Positions 36,289 through 45,941 of a DNA stretch of 54,712 nucleotides are shown here, in pieces. The notes under the pieces were generated by a model. It did no database searches, was not told the origin of the DNA, and saw only the letters and a program-made list of their open reading frames with translations. The position numbers were made by a program, and so were the translations under genes. The DNA comes from Elusimicrobiota bacterium (GTDB taxonomy: Bacteria; Elusimicrobiota; Elusimicrobia; Elusimicrobiales; UBA9959): contig DAIENX010000102.1 in assembly GCA_027340875.1 (NCBI GenBank), forward strand, positions 1 through 54,712. Reading direction: 5' to 3'. The stretch's first letter is position 1. Each line of letters opens with the position of its first letter.

Positions 36289-36798
36289 ATGAAAGAGGTT
36301 ATATCCCTGGAGATGATCGAGCAAAAGATATACTTTATTCGGGGACACAGGGTCATGCTGGATAGTGATCTGGCGGAAATGTACGAGGTGCCGACAGGGC
36401 ATCTTAATAGGGCGGTTATCCGAAATATCGAAAGTTTCCCGTCTGATTTTATGTTCCAGCTTTCGGAGCGGGAATACCGGTCTTTAAGATGCCGATCTGG
36501 CATCTTAAAGCGCGGGACTCATTCCAAGTATCTGCCGCGTGTTTTCATGGAGCAGGGAGTCGGCATGCTGTCCAGTGTGCTCAAGAGCAAACGTGCCCGG
36601 CAGGTGAATATCCATATCATGCGGGCTTTCGTTAAGCTTCGCCGGCTTCTTAATACTCACAAGGAACTGTCCCGAAAGCTGGAAGAATTGGAAAAGAAAT
36701 ATGACGCCCAGTTCAAGAGCGTGTTCGACGCCATCAAGGCGCTGATGGAGCCGCCGGATGGCCCGGAGCCCAAGAAGATAACCGGCTTCAAGCCGTAA
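36289..36798 (+). CDS. ORF6N-domain DNA-binding protein, paralog 4
   Basis: Same ORF6N motifs; core LRCRSGILK. Confidence 0.9.
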   Translation: MKEVISLEMIEQKIYFIRGHRVMLDSDLAEMYEVPTGHLNRAVIRNIESFPSDFMFQLSEREYRSLRCRSGILKRGTHSKYLPRVFMEQGVGMLSSVLKSKRARQVNIHIMRAFVKLRRLLNTHKELSRKLEELEKKYDAQFKSVFDAIKALMEPPDGPEPKKITGFKP

Positions 36799-36950
36799 TA
36801 AAAACCCGGCGGCTTTGTTTTGTCCCGACAGTCGGTTGTCGGGTTAGCCTGCTATGCTATCGATGAGGGGAAGGTGCATATCGGGTCTTGAAAATAGGTC
36901 TTGCGCATACAGTATATATCATGTAGACTATTTTCAGGGAAGGGGGCGGG

Positions 36951-37289
36951 ATGTACTGCGTGGAGTTTTGGCGGGACGCGGGAGGGGGCTGTCCCGCCAG
37001 GGACTTCCTGGACGGCCTGCCGGTGAAGGTCAGGGCGAAGACGGCCAAGTGGCTGCAGCTCTTGCAGGAGGGGGGACCGGACCTGAAGAGGCCGTACGCG
37101 GACATGCTTGCGGACGGCATACGGGAGCTGAGGCTGTCGTTCGGGCGTCTGGAGGTCAGGCTGCTCTACTTCATAGAAGGCAGAGAGATAGTGCTGACCA
37201 ACGGGTTCCTCAAGAAGACGCGCCATACGCCGACAGGCGAGATAGAGCGGGCGAGAAGGAGCAGGGCCGTCTGGCTGGCGGCGAGGTGA
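36951..37289 (+). CDS. RelE/ParE-superfamily (Gp49/HigB-like) toxin
   Basis: G.CP..DFL..L, L.RPYAD.L.DGIRELR, RLLYF, LTNGFLKKT..TP..EI; promoter TTGCGC-17-TAGACT within an inverted repeat. Confidence 0.85.
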   Translation: MYCVEFWRDAGGGCPARDFLDGLPVKVRAKTAKWLQLLQEGGPDLKRPYADMLADGIRELRLSFGRLEVRLLYFIEGREIVLTNGFLKKTRHTPTGEIERARRSRAVWLAAR

Positions 37290-37293
37290 GGTT

Positions 37294-37590
37294 ATGAAAA
37301 AAAAGAAACAGACGCTGAACGGCTGGCTTAAGGGCGAACTGAAGAATAAAGAGTTCAGGAAAGCCTTTGATGCTGAGGATATCCGCGCGCGGATGGCGCT
37401 CATGATAGCCGAGAGGCGCCAGAACCTTCACGTCAGCCAGGCGGAGCTGGCGCGCCGGGTGCATACCAAGCAGCAGGTCATTTCCGACATCGAAACGCTG
37501 CGGCATCCCAATATCACCATCCTGACGCTGGACAGGATAGCCAGGGCGCTCAACAGCGACCTGCGCATCTCGCTACGCCCTATACATTAA
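37294..37590 (+). CDS. XRE HTH antitoxin (HigA-like)
   Basis: SQAELARRVHTKQQVISDIE; directly downstream of the toxin. Confidence 0.85.
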   Translation: MKKKKQTLNGWLKGELKNKEFRKAFDAEDIRARMALMIAERRQNLHVSQAELARRVHTKQQVISDIETLRHPNITILTLDRIARALNSDLRISLRPIH

Positions 37591-37738
37591 CCGGAGGGAG
37601 TTCCGGGGGGAGTTCAGGAGCCACAATATTTAATTAGCGCCGCCGGGGAAAAGCCCGGCGGTTTTGTTTTGGGGCGGGGGGGCGATTTAGTATTATCGCA
37701 TAATGGAAAATCATTGCGGGCAGCGGTTCCGCTGAACT

Positions 37739-38362
37739 ATGGAGAGCAAACATAAGGAAGAGCTGGCCAACAGCATAACCCATATGGTGGGCGTGGCGCT
37801 GGCTATGGCGGGGCTGGCGGTGCTGGTGGTGTCGGCTTCGCTGCGCGGCGATCCGTGGCGCATAGTGAGCTTTTCGGTATACGGGTTTACCCTGCTCTAC
37901 CTCTATTCCTCTTCGGCCCTCTACCACGTCACTTACGGCAGGGTGAAAAAATTCCTGCGCCTCGTGGATTACCAGGCCATCTACCTGCTCATAGCCGGCA
38001 CCTATACGCCTTTCGTGCTGGTGACCCTGCGCGGCACCGTGGGCTGGTGGCTGTTCGGTATCATCTGGGGTCTGGCCGCCTTCGGCATAGTGCTGGATAC
38101 TTTCTACGGCCGGGGCCGGCGCATTCTTCAGCTCGTTATCTATCTCGCTATGGGCTGGCTTATAACCGTGGCGCTGGGACCGCTGGTGCGGGCGCTGCCG
38201 GCGCGCGGCATGGCGTTGCTGGTGCTGGGCGGGCTGTTCTACACTTCGGGCGTGGTTTTCTACGTGCTGGACAGGCGCTTCCATTACTTCCACGCCGTGT
38301 GGCACCTCTTCGTGCTGGCCGGCAGTCTGTGCCATTACTTCGCGGTGCTGTTCTACATTTAA
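37739..38362 (+). CDS. Hemolysin III / PAQR family membrane protein
   Basis: EELANSITH, SSALYH, IYLLIAGTYTPF, HAVWHLFVL. Confidence 0.9.
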   Translation: MESKHKEELANSITHMVGVALAMAGLAVLVVSASLRGDPWRIVSFSVYGFTLLYLYSSSALYHVTYGRVKKFLRLVDYQAIYLLIAGTYTPFVLVTLRGTVGWWLFGIIWGLAAFGIVLDTFYGRGRRILQLVIYLAMGWLITVALGPLVRALPARGMALLVLGGLFYTSGVVFYVLDRRFHYFHAVWHLFVLAGSLCHYFAVLFYI

Positions 38363-38460
38363 GCGGCTCCATCAGCCTTGCTGCCGCCGGGTCTCCCCGG
38401 CGGTTTTGTTTTGGGCGGAAAGATTAGGCGCGGCCGATTGTATATAATGCAGGAGGAAAG

Positions 38461-39045
38461 ATGGAACAGACCGACCTGCAGATACTCGACCGCGTAGCCT
38501 CGGGGGACGCCGACGCCTTCGAACTGATAGTGAGGCGCTACCAGGGCCTGGTGTACGACCTGTCCTGGCGGCTGCTGGGGGACGCTTCGGAGGCGGAGGA
38601 CGCGGCGCAGGCCGCGTTCATAAGGATGTATTCCGCGCTGGGCTCTTATAAGCGGGAGATGCCGTTCCGCAACTGGGTCTACACTGTCACGCTGAACGTG
38701 GCCCGCAACCGGCTGAAGCGCGGCCGCCTGCTGAGTTTCCTGCCGTTCATGGGCCCCGGAGATGATGAAGGCGTCCCGGAGCCGGCCGAGGCCGGCGGGT
38801 CCCCGGAAGAGCAGCTCGAGGGCGGCGGCCTGCGCCGCGCGCTCGAGGGCGCCATAGCGGCCCTGCCCGAGGAGCTGAAGACCGCGTTCGTGCTGTTCCA
38901 CCTGCACCGCCTCCCGGCGAAGGACATAGCCGAAACGCTGGGCGTAACGCCCAACGCCGTAAGCCTGCGCCTGTATAAGGCGCGCGGGCGCCTGGCGAAG
39001 GCGCTTTCGCCCGCCTATCCTGAATACCGCGTGGAGGGCATATGA
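38461..39045 (+). CDS. ECF sigma-70 factor
   Basis: AEDAAQAAF, FRNWVY, region 4 IAETLGVTPNAVSLRLYKAR. Confidence 0.85.
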   Translation: MEQTDLQILDRVASGDADAFELIVRRYQGLVYDLSWRLLGDASEAEDAAQAAFIRMYSALGSYKREMPFRNWVYTVTLNVARNRLKRGRLLSFLPFMGPGDDEGVPEPAEAGGSPEEQLEGGGLRRALEGAIAALPEELKTAFVLFHLHRLPAKDIAETLGVTPNAVSLRLYKARGRLAKALSPAYPEYRVEGI

Positions 39046-39623
39046 ACGAGAAGGACCTTGAGAAGAAATTCGGGGAAGCGTGCGCCGGCGTGCCGCTGCG
39101 CGAGCCGCGCGATCTCTGGCCCGGGGTGCGCGCCGGCATAACCGGCCGACGTGTCTCCGCCTTCGGCCGCAGGTCGGCCTGGGCGGCCGGCTTCGCCGCG
39201 GCGGCCGTCATAGTGGTGCTCTCCATGCCGGGCGCCACTCAGAGCATAAAGAACGGGTTGAAGCGTCTGTTCTCGAGCGCCTACTCCGTCTCTATAGGCG
39301 GCCAGCAGGCCTCCGGCACGCTGATCTCCATGGACGGCGAGGAGAAGGAGATAAAGAGCGGCGACATGCTGCTGAAGGTGAAGGTTTCCTCCTGGGACGA
39401 GAAAACGGCCATGGTGGAGTTGTCGGTGTTCTACGAGGGGCTTCAGCCGGACGGCAGCACGCGGAAGCTGATATCGCATCCTAAGATACTCGCCATGAAG
39501 GGCCGCGCTGCGGAGATCACCGTCACCAACAATACCGGCAAACCGGTGTACAAGTTCCGCATAGTGCCCACGGAAACGGATCCCACCGTTTATTCCGGGG
39601 ACATGGTCCCCATCAAGGGCTGA
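39042..39623 (+). CDS. Putative membrane anti-sigma factor
   Basis: ATGA overlap with the sigma gene, single TM helix, extracytoplasmic C-terminal domain. Confidence 0.6.
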   Translation: MNEKDLEKKFGEACAGVPLREPRDLWPGVRAGITGRRVSAFGRRSAWAAGFAAAAVIVVLSMPGATQSIKNGLKRLFSSAYSVSIGGQQASGTLISMDGEEKEIKSGDMLLKVKVSSWDEKTAMVELSVFYEGLQPDGSTRKLISHPKILAMKGRAAEITVTNNTGKPVYKFRIVPTETDPTVYSGDMVPIKG

Positions 39624-39769
39624 TACCGCCGCCTACAGGACCGCCGGGGAAGCCCGGCGGTTTTGTTTTGGGGCGGGGCTGTCCCGCCGTATGGAGATAG
39701 CCTTTCCGGGCGATTCCCCTTTTTATCCTCAGCGGTTATAATTTCCTTGGGGTTGGGTTAGGGGGGCGT

Positions 39770-39994
39770 ATGACCAGGATATTGAGCACCGCCAAGGACG
39801 TGCTGGTGGAGAACACGGGACTGAAGTTCCCGCGGCTGGTGGATATCAGCCTTAAGAAAGGCCAGTACCACGTCATTCTGGACATGTACGACGCGGCGGC
39901 CAAGCCGGGGGACGCCGCCAGCCGTACCTACGACGTCAGGATAGATGAGGCCGGCCGGCTGCGCGGCTATACGCTTCTCAAGCGGGCAGTGTAG
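39770..39994 (+). CDS. Hypothetical protein, 74 aa
   Basis: RBS-like gggggg, host-like codons, followed by a hairpin repeat. Confidence 0.6.
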   Translation: MTRILSTAKDVLVENTGLKFPRLVDISLKKGQYHVILDMYDAAAKPGDAASRTYDVRIDEAGRLRGYTLLKRAV

Positions 39995-40106
39995 CCGGGT
40001 GCTGGGAGCGCGTATAACGAAGCCGCCGGAAAGTTCCGGCGGTCGTGTTTGGAGCGGGTGGCGGCGCGGTCCGGGAAATGTTTATGATCCGGTGAGGGGG
40101 TACGCT

Positions 40107-41093
<987 letters not shown>

Positions 41094-41195
41094 CAAAGGC
41101 GGACCGCGGCCTTTCCGAAACCGCCGGGCTTCCCCGGCGGTTCTTTTTTTGAATTTGATAGGATATCGGTTGAAAGACATTTCCCGGAGGGGCAT

Positions 41196-43154
41196 ATGCT
41201 GAAGGAAGCCGCGATCACAGCCGTCATAGACAAGCTCAAGAAGAAGTATCCCGCCGAGGCGGAGCGCGCGGAGACCGGCGTGCGCCAGGCGGCCGCCCTC
41301 TGGGATACCCGCAAGGACGGCACGGCCGCCGCGTTCAAGCGTTTCTGCCGGGAGAGCTTCGTTCCCGCCTCCAGGCTGGACGTGGTGCTGGCCGCTTTCG
41401 AGTCCAAGCTCGAGAGCGCGGACGGCCACTTCAACGCGCTGACGCTGAAGCTGCGCCGCGAGATGGACGAGGACACCGGCCCGCTCAACCCAGTGGACGC
41501 GATGTTCGCCGCCTACTCTCCCGGGGAGCATTTCACCGAGGACATGTTCCTCTCCAAGCTGGCTTTCGTGGTGCTGCTCAATTTCCCGGTGCGTACCCTG
41601 GACGACTGCCTTAAGCTCGGCCCGGACTGGAGCCGCTCCGAGTGGGCGCGGGCGCGGCTGGCGCAGCGCTTCAAGAGGCGCGTGCCGCCGGAAGTGAACC
41701 GGGCGGTCTACGCGGCCTATGCCGCCGCCGAGGCCTATATAGGCTCGTACAACGTCCACCTGGGCTGTCTGACGGGCGCGGACGGAAAAAAGATCTTTCC
41801 AGACGGCCCCAAGCTTATCTCGCACTGGGGTCTGCGCGACCACCTCAAGAGCCTTTACGCGGAGGGCGAGGGCGCGGTTGAGAAGCAGCGCGTCATACGC
41901 CGCGTGATGGAGCGCATAGTGGCGCAGGAGATACCGGAGAAGGCCGTGGATTCCGGCAAATACGCGTGGGACCCGGAGGCCAACACGCTCAACGGCGCGG
42001 CGGCCCGCCGCGAGCCGGATACGCGTTACGCCCGGTTCCTCGACGTCTTCCGGGCGCACCTGAAGGAGGACCCGTACTTCCCGCAGGAGCCCACCCATAT
42101 GGACCGGAAGTTCAACCTGGGCCGCGAGATACCCGAGGCCGAGGTGGAGGCGATGTTCACTGCCCTGCTGGAGGCGCCGGAGGGGGCCGCGGCGGCTAAG
42201 CTTATTGCGGCACGCCTCGGCCGGCCGCTGGAGCCGTTCGACATCTGGTACGACGGTTTCAAGGCGCGGTCATCGGTTTCCCCGGCCGAGCTGGACAAGC
42301 TGACGGCTTCTTCGTTCCCGGACGCGGCCGCTTTCCAGGCGGCGATCCCCGACATAATGCGCAAGCTGGGCTTTTCCGGAGAGACGGCGCGCTTCGTGGG
42401 CGACCGGATACAGGTGGACGCGGCCCGCGGCTCGGGCCACGCCTGGGGCGCCTCCATGCGCACCGAGAAGGCGCGCCTGCGCACCAGGGTCCCCGCCGGC
42501 GGCATGAACTATCTCGGCTTCAATATAGCCATGCACGAGCTGGGCCACAACGTGGAGCAGGTCTTCTCGCTCTGCCGGGTGGACCATACGCTGCTGTCCG
42601 GGGTGCCGAACACCGCTTTCACCGAGGGCTTCGCTTTCGTCTTCCAGGACCGCGACCTGGAGGTGCTGGGACTGCCGTCCTCCGGCGGGAAAGCCGCGCT
42701 GATGAAGACGCTGGACACCTTCTGGGCCACGCGCGAGATAGCGGGCGTGGCGCTGACGGACATGTACGTCTGGCGCTGGCTTTACGCCAACAGGGAAGCG
42801 GAACCGGCGGACCTGCGCGAGGCCGTGACGCGCATAGCGGGCGAGGTATGGGACAAGTACTACGCGCCGCTGCTGGGCGGCCGGGGCTGCACGCTGCTCG
42901 GCGTCTATTCGCACATGATAAGCAACGGTCTCTACCTGCCGGACTACCCGCTGGGGCATATCATCGCCTTCCAGGTGGAGGAGTATTTCAAGGGGCATAG
43001 GCTGGCCGACGAGATGGAGCGCATGTGCGTGCTGGGCTCCATAACCCCGCGCGAATGGATGAGCCGCGCGGTCGGCGCGGAAATATCCCCGGAGCCGATG
43101 CTCAAGGCCGCGGCCGGCGCGCTGGCCGCCTTGGCCGCGCCCGCCGGTAAGTGA
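41196..43154 (+). CDS. Conserved hypothetical protein with zincin-like HExxH
   Basis: AMHELGHNVE and downstream AFTEGFA. Confidence 0.65.
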   Translation: MLKEAAITAVIDKLKKKYPAEAERAETGVRQAAALWDTRKDGTAAAFKRFCRESFVPASRLDVVLAAFESKLESADGHFNALTLKLRREMDEDTGPLNPVDAMFAAYSPGEHFTEDMFLSKLAFVVLLNFPVRTLDDCLKLGPDWSRSEWARARLAQRFKRRVPPEVNRAVYAAYAAAEAYIGSYNVHLGCLTGADGKKIFPDGPKLISHWGLRDHLKSLYAEGEGAVEKQRVIRRVMERIVAQEIPEKAVDSGKYAWDPEANTLNGAAARREPDTRYARFLDVFRAHLKEDPYFPQEPTHMDRKFNLGREIPEAEVEAMFTALLEAPEGAAAAKLIAARLGRPLEPFDIWYDGFKARSSVSPAELDKLTASSFPDAAAFQAAIPDIMRKLGFSGETARFVGDRIQVDAARGSGHAWGASMRTEKARLRTRVPAGGMNYLGFNIAMHELGHNVEQVFSLCRVDHTLLSGVPNTAFTEGFAFVFQDRDLEVLGLPSSGGKAALMKTLDTFWATREIAGVALTDMYVWRWLYANREAEPADLREAVTRIAGEVWDKYYAPLLGGRGCTLLGVYSHMISNGLYLPDYPLGHIIAFQVEEYFKGHRLADEMERMCVLGSITPREWMSRAVGAEISPEPMLKAAAGALAALAAPAGK

Positions 43155-43209
43155 CCGGCCGGGACAAGTGCCGCCGGCAAGGAATGCGGCGGGGAGCCGA
43201 CCGAAGGAA

Positions 43210-43815
43210 ATGAAAAAGTTACTATCCATATTGCTGAAGCTGTTCTATGTCGCGGTCGGCCTGACCGCGCTGATATTGGTGTCCACCATCGCCGACTCCA
43301 TGCTGCCGAGCAGGGTGGCGTCCCGCATCTACAAAGGCAACGATTTCGGCGCGGCCGCTATCTGCTCGAACCTGCTGAAAGGGGACCTCGAGGCGGCCTC
43401 CGGGCCCATACGCTTCAAGGCGGCGTCGCGCGAGCTGCGCTTCGCCGAGACGGTGACCTGGCTGGGCGGAAAGGGGGATTCTCCTTACGTACCTATACCG
43501 GCCTCGCCGCTCTTCACCGGCCTGCCGAAGGATATAGGCCCTCTCCGGTCCTGCGATACTCCGAAGAGCTTCAACCTGGCCGGCGACCGCATGTCAGCCA
43601 CCCTGAGCCTGGGCTACGAGAAGTACCGCGTTACGGTCACGCTGCGCTACAAGGTCGGGCTTTTCTCCGGCCGGCTGGAGCGCATCGAGATAGGCGTCCC
43701 GGAACGGCTGACGCCGTCAACTCCGCCGCCGGGGGAGGATGAAAGACGGGTGAGGGAGTTCATCGGGAAGCTGGACGGCATGTCCGGCGGGCAGGGCGCG
43801 GAGGGCCGGCGCTGA
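43210..43815 (+). CDS. Hypothetical membrane-anchored protein
   Basis: MKKLLSILLK N-terminal TM segment, RBS-like gaagga. Confidence 0.6.
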   Translation: MKKLLSILLKLFYVAVGLTALILVSTIADSMLPSRVASRIYKGNDFGAAAICSNLLKGDLEAASGPIRFKAASRELRFAETVTWLGGKGDSPYVPIPASPLFTGLPKDIGPLRSCDTPKSFNLAGDRMSATLSLGYEKYRVTVTLRYKVGLFSGRLERIEIGVPERLTPSTPPPGEDERRVREFIGKLDGMSGGQGAEGRR

Positions 43816-43985
43816 GCGCGGGAAATGACGGCAGCGGCCTTTTTAAGCCGCCGGGGAAACCCGGCGGTTTTGTTTTTTAACGGGGCGATCTGCGGCTGAA
43901 GAGGCGACTTGAGGAAAATCTGAGCTTTTCCGGAGCATTGCGTGAGCGAAGGCCTATATACTCATTTAACGATGAGGAGAACTAT

Positions 43986-44597
43986 ATGGATGCCAATGAT
44001 GCCAGCCCCTCCGGTTTCAATACGCTCAGGCGCATAGAGGAAGAGCTGTTCGGCGGCAGGCGCGCTCCGGCCGCGCAGGCCGGTCCTGCGGTCCCCAAGG
44101 CCGAGCCGTACGAGCGGCGGATGGCGGCCCCGGAGCTTCATGGCGGCTCCTGGCGGATGAGCCGCGAGATACTTGCCGTGAAAAGGGAGCTCGCGGCGCT
44201 GCGCGACGAGAACGATTCGCTGCACCTGGAGATCATGGAGCAGAACGTAAAGACCACGTCCACTATCTCGGCCCTGAGGGACCTCCGGCAGGACTATGAC
44301 CGCCTGGGCGCGGAGATGCACTATAAGGAACTGCAGCTCGAATCCCAGGCGGCGGAGATAGCCAAGCTGAAGGCCGAGGTGGAAAAAGAACGGGCACGCT
44401 GCCTGGAACTCGCCGAAAAAGCCGCCTGGCTGGCCGGTCAGGCGGAGATCACTGGGGGGATGGCCAGGGCCCGTCATGAAGCCGCATCCCAGCCGCAGGC
44501 CAAGCCCTCCGGCATGCCGGCGCCGACCCGGATCTGGAGGTCCTCTTCCGGGCTGCGCAAGGACTTCGTCCCTTTCAGGCGCGGCAGGCTTTTATAG
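43986..44597 (+). CDS. Hypothetical coiled-coil protein
   Basis: RBS gaggag; heptad-rich central region. Confidence 0.6.
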   Translation: MDANDASPSGFNTLRRIEEELFGGRRAPAAQAGPAVPKAEPYERRMAAPELHGGSWRMSREILAVKRELAALRDENDSLHLEIMEQNVKTTSTISALRDLRQDYDRLGAEMHYKELQLESQAAEIAKLKAEVEKERARCLELAEKAAWLAGQAEITGGMARARHEAASQPQAKPSGMPAPTRIWRSSSGLRKDFVPFRRGRLL

Positions 44598-44862
44598 CCG
44601 CGCGGTCGCCGCTCCGTGACGGCAAAGCCGCCGGGGAAGCCCGGCGGCCTTGCTTTTTGCGGGCGGTGGTGTATAATATCTGTGCAGTTATCCCACATTA
44701 CAGGAGGCGTGATATGACGGAGATAATATCCATGTTCGGCTGCCGCGCCTCCCTTCCTTTCTAACCGGTAGCGGGGACGCGGGCAGTGTAACGCCGGCCT
44801 GGGCTTTGCCCTGGCGGCCGCGCACAGCGTGCGTCATTCGGTATCGGTCATTCAAGGAAATC

Positions 44863-45897
44863 ATGAACGAAAGAACATTGTTCACCGCGCTCGTTACGGC
44901 GGAACAGAGGCAGTCCTATACCGTGCGGCTGGACGGCAGGGAGCTGCCGGCGACTGTGTCGGGGAAGCTGATGGGCGAAGCGGCGGGCAGGCTGGACTAC
45001 CCCGTGGTGGGCGACGACGTGAGCGTGACGCTGCACGACGGCGGCGCTAAGGCCGTGGTGCACGCGGTGCTCCCGCGGCGCGGCCTGCTGCTGCGCAAGG
45101 GCGTGGGCGCGCAGGGCGACGCGCAGCCGCTGGCGGCCAACGTGGACAGGGTGCTGATAGTGATGGGGCTGGACGGCAACTACAACGTCGCCCGCCTGGA
45201 GCGGCTGCTGGTGGCCGCCTGGGACAGCGGCGGCGTGCCGGTGGTGGTGCTCACCAAGAGGGACCTGGCTCCGGCCGGGGAGCTGCCGGAAAAGCTCGCG
45301 GCGGTGGAGCGGGCCGCCCCCGGGGTGCGGGTGTTCTGCGTGTCCTCCGTCTCAGGCGAGGGCGTGGCGGAGGTGGAGGCGGAGCTGGCCGGCGGGCTGC
45401 GCTGCTGCCTGCTGGGCTCCTCCGGAGCGGGCAAGAGCACGCTGCTCAACCGGCTGGCCGGTATCGAGACCGCTGTCACGGGCGCCGTGAGGGAGGGCGA
45501 CTCCCGCGGCCGGCATACCACCACGGCCAGGCACCTGTACTTCCTGCCCTGCGGCGGGCAGGTCGTAGACACGCCCGGAGTGCGCGAGTTCTGCGTGGAG
45601 TATTCGGGCGAGGGGCTGGAGTCTTCCTTCAGCGACATCGAGGCGCTGGCGGAGGGCTGCCGCTTCGCCGACTGCTCGCACGGCGCGGAGCCCGGCTGCG
45701 CGGTGCAGGCCGCGGTAAGCGAAGGAGCATTGTCGCCCGAGCGGCTCAAGAGCTACGACAAGCTGCGCCGCGAGACCCGCCGCCTGGAACTCAAGGCGGA
45801 CCCGAAGAAGCGCATACTGGCCAAAAGGAGGTTCATGATGATCGCCCATATGCGCCGCGGTGTGAGCGAGGCCAAGCGCAGGCTGCGCGGCGGCTGA
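44863..45897 (+). CDS. rsgA: Ribosome small subunit-dependent GTPase A
   Basis: VVGD, AANVD, LTKRD, GSSGAGKST, GRHTTT, DTPG, CRFADCSH.AEPGC. Confidence 0.92.
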   Translation: MNERTLFTALVTAEQRQSYTVRLDGRELPATVSGKLMGEAAGRLDYPVVGDDVSVTLHDGGAKAVVHAVLPRRGLLLRKGVGAQGDAQPLAANVDRVLIVMGLDGNYNVARLERLLVAAWDSGGVPVVVLTKRDLAPAGELPEKLAAVERAAPGVRVFCVSSVSGEGVAEVEAELAGGLRCCLLGSSGAGKSTLLNRLAGIETAVTGAVREGDSRGRHTTTARHLYFLPCGGQVVDTPGVREFCVEYSGEGLESSFSDIEALAEGCRFADCSHGAEPGCAVQAAVSEGALSPERLKSYDKLRRETRRLELKADPKKRILAKRRFMMIAHMRRGVSEAKRRLRGG

Positions 45898-45941
45898 AGG
45901 GCGGGGCCGCCGGGGAAGCCCGGCGGCTTTGTTCCAGGGGG

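Noticed and set aside
26505..37590. Classical integron cassette array
   Set aside because: No intI tyrosine recombinase and no RYYYAAC...GTTRRRY attC structure; the repeats truncate genes instead of flanking them cleanly
31550..37590. Prophage, suggested by ORF6N and Gp49-like genes
   Set aside because: No structural, packaging, replication, lysis or integrase genes in the window
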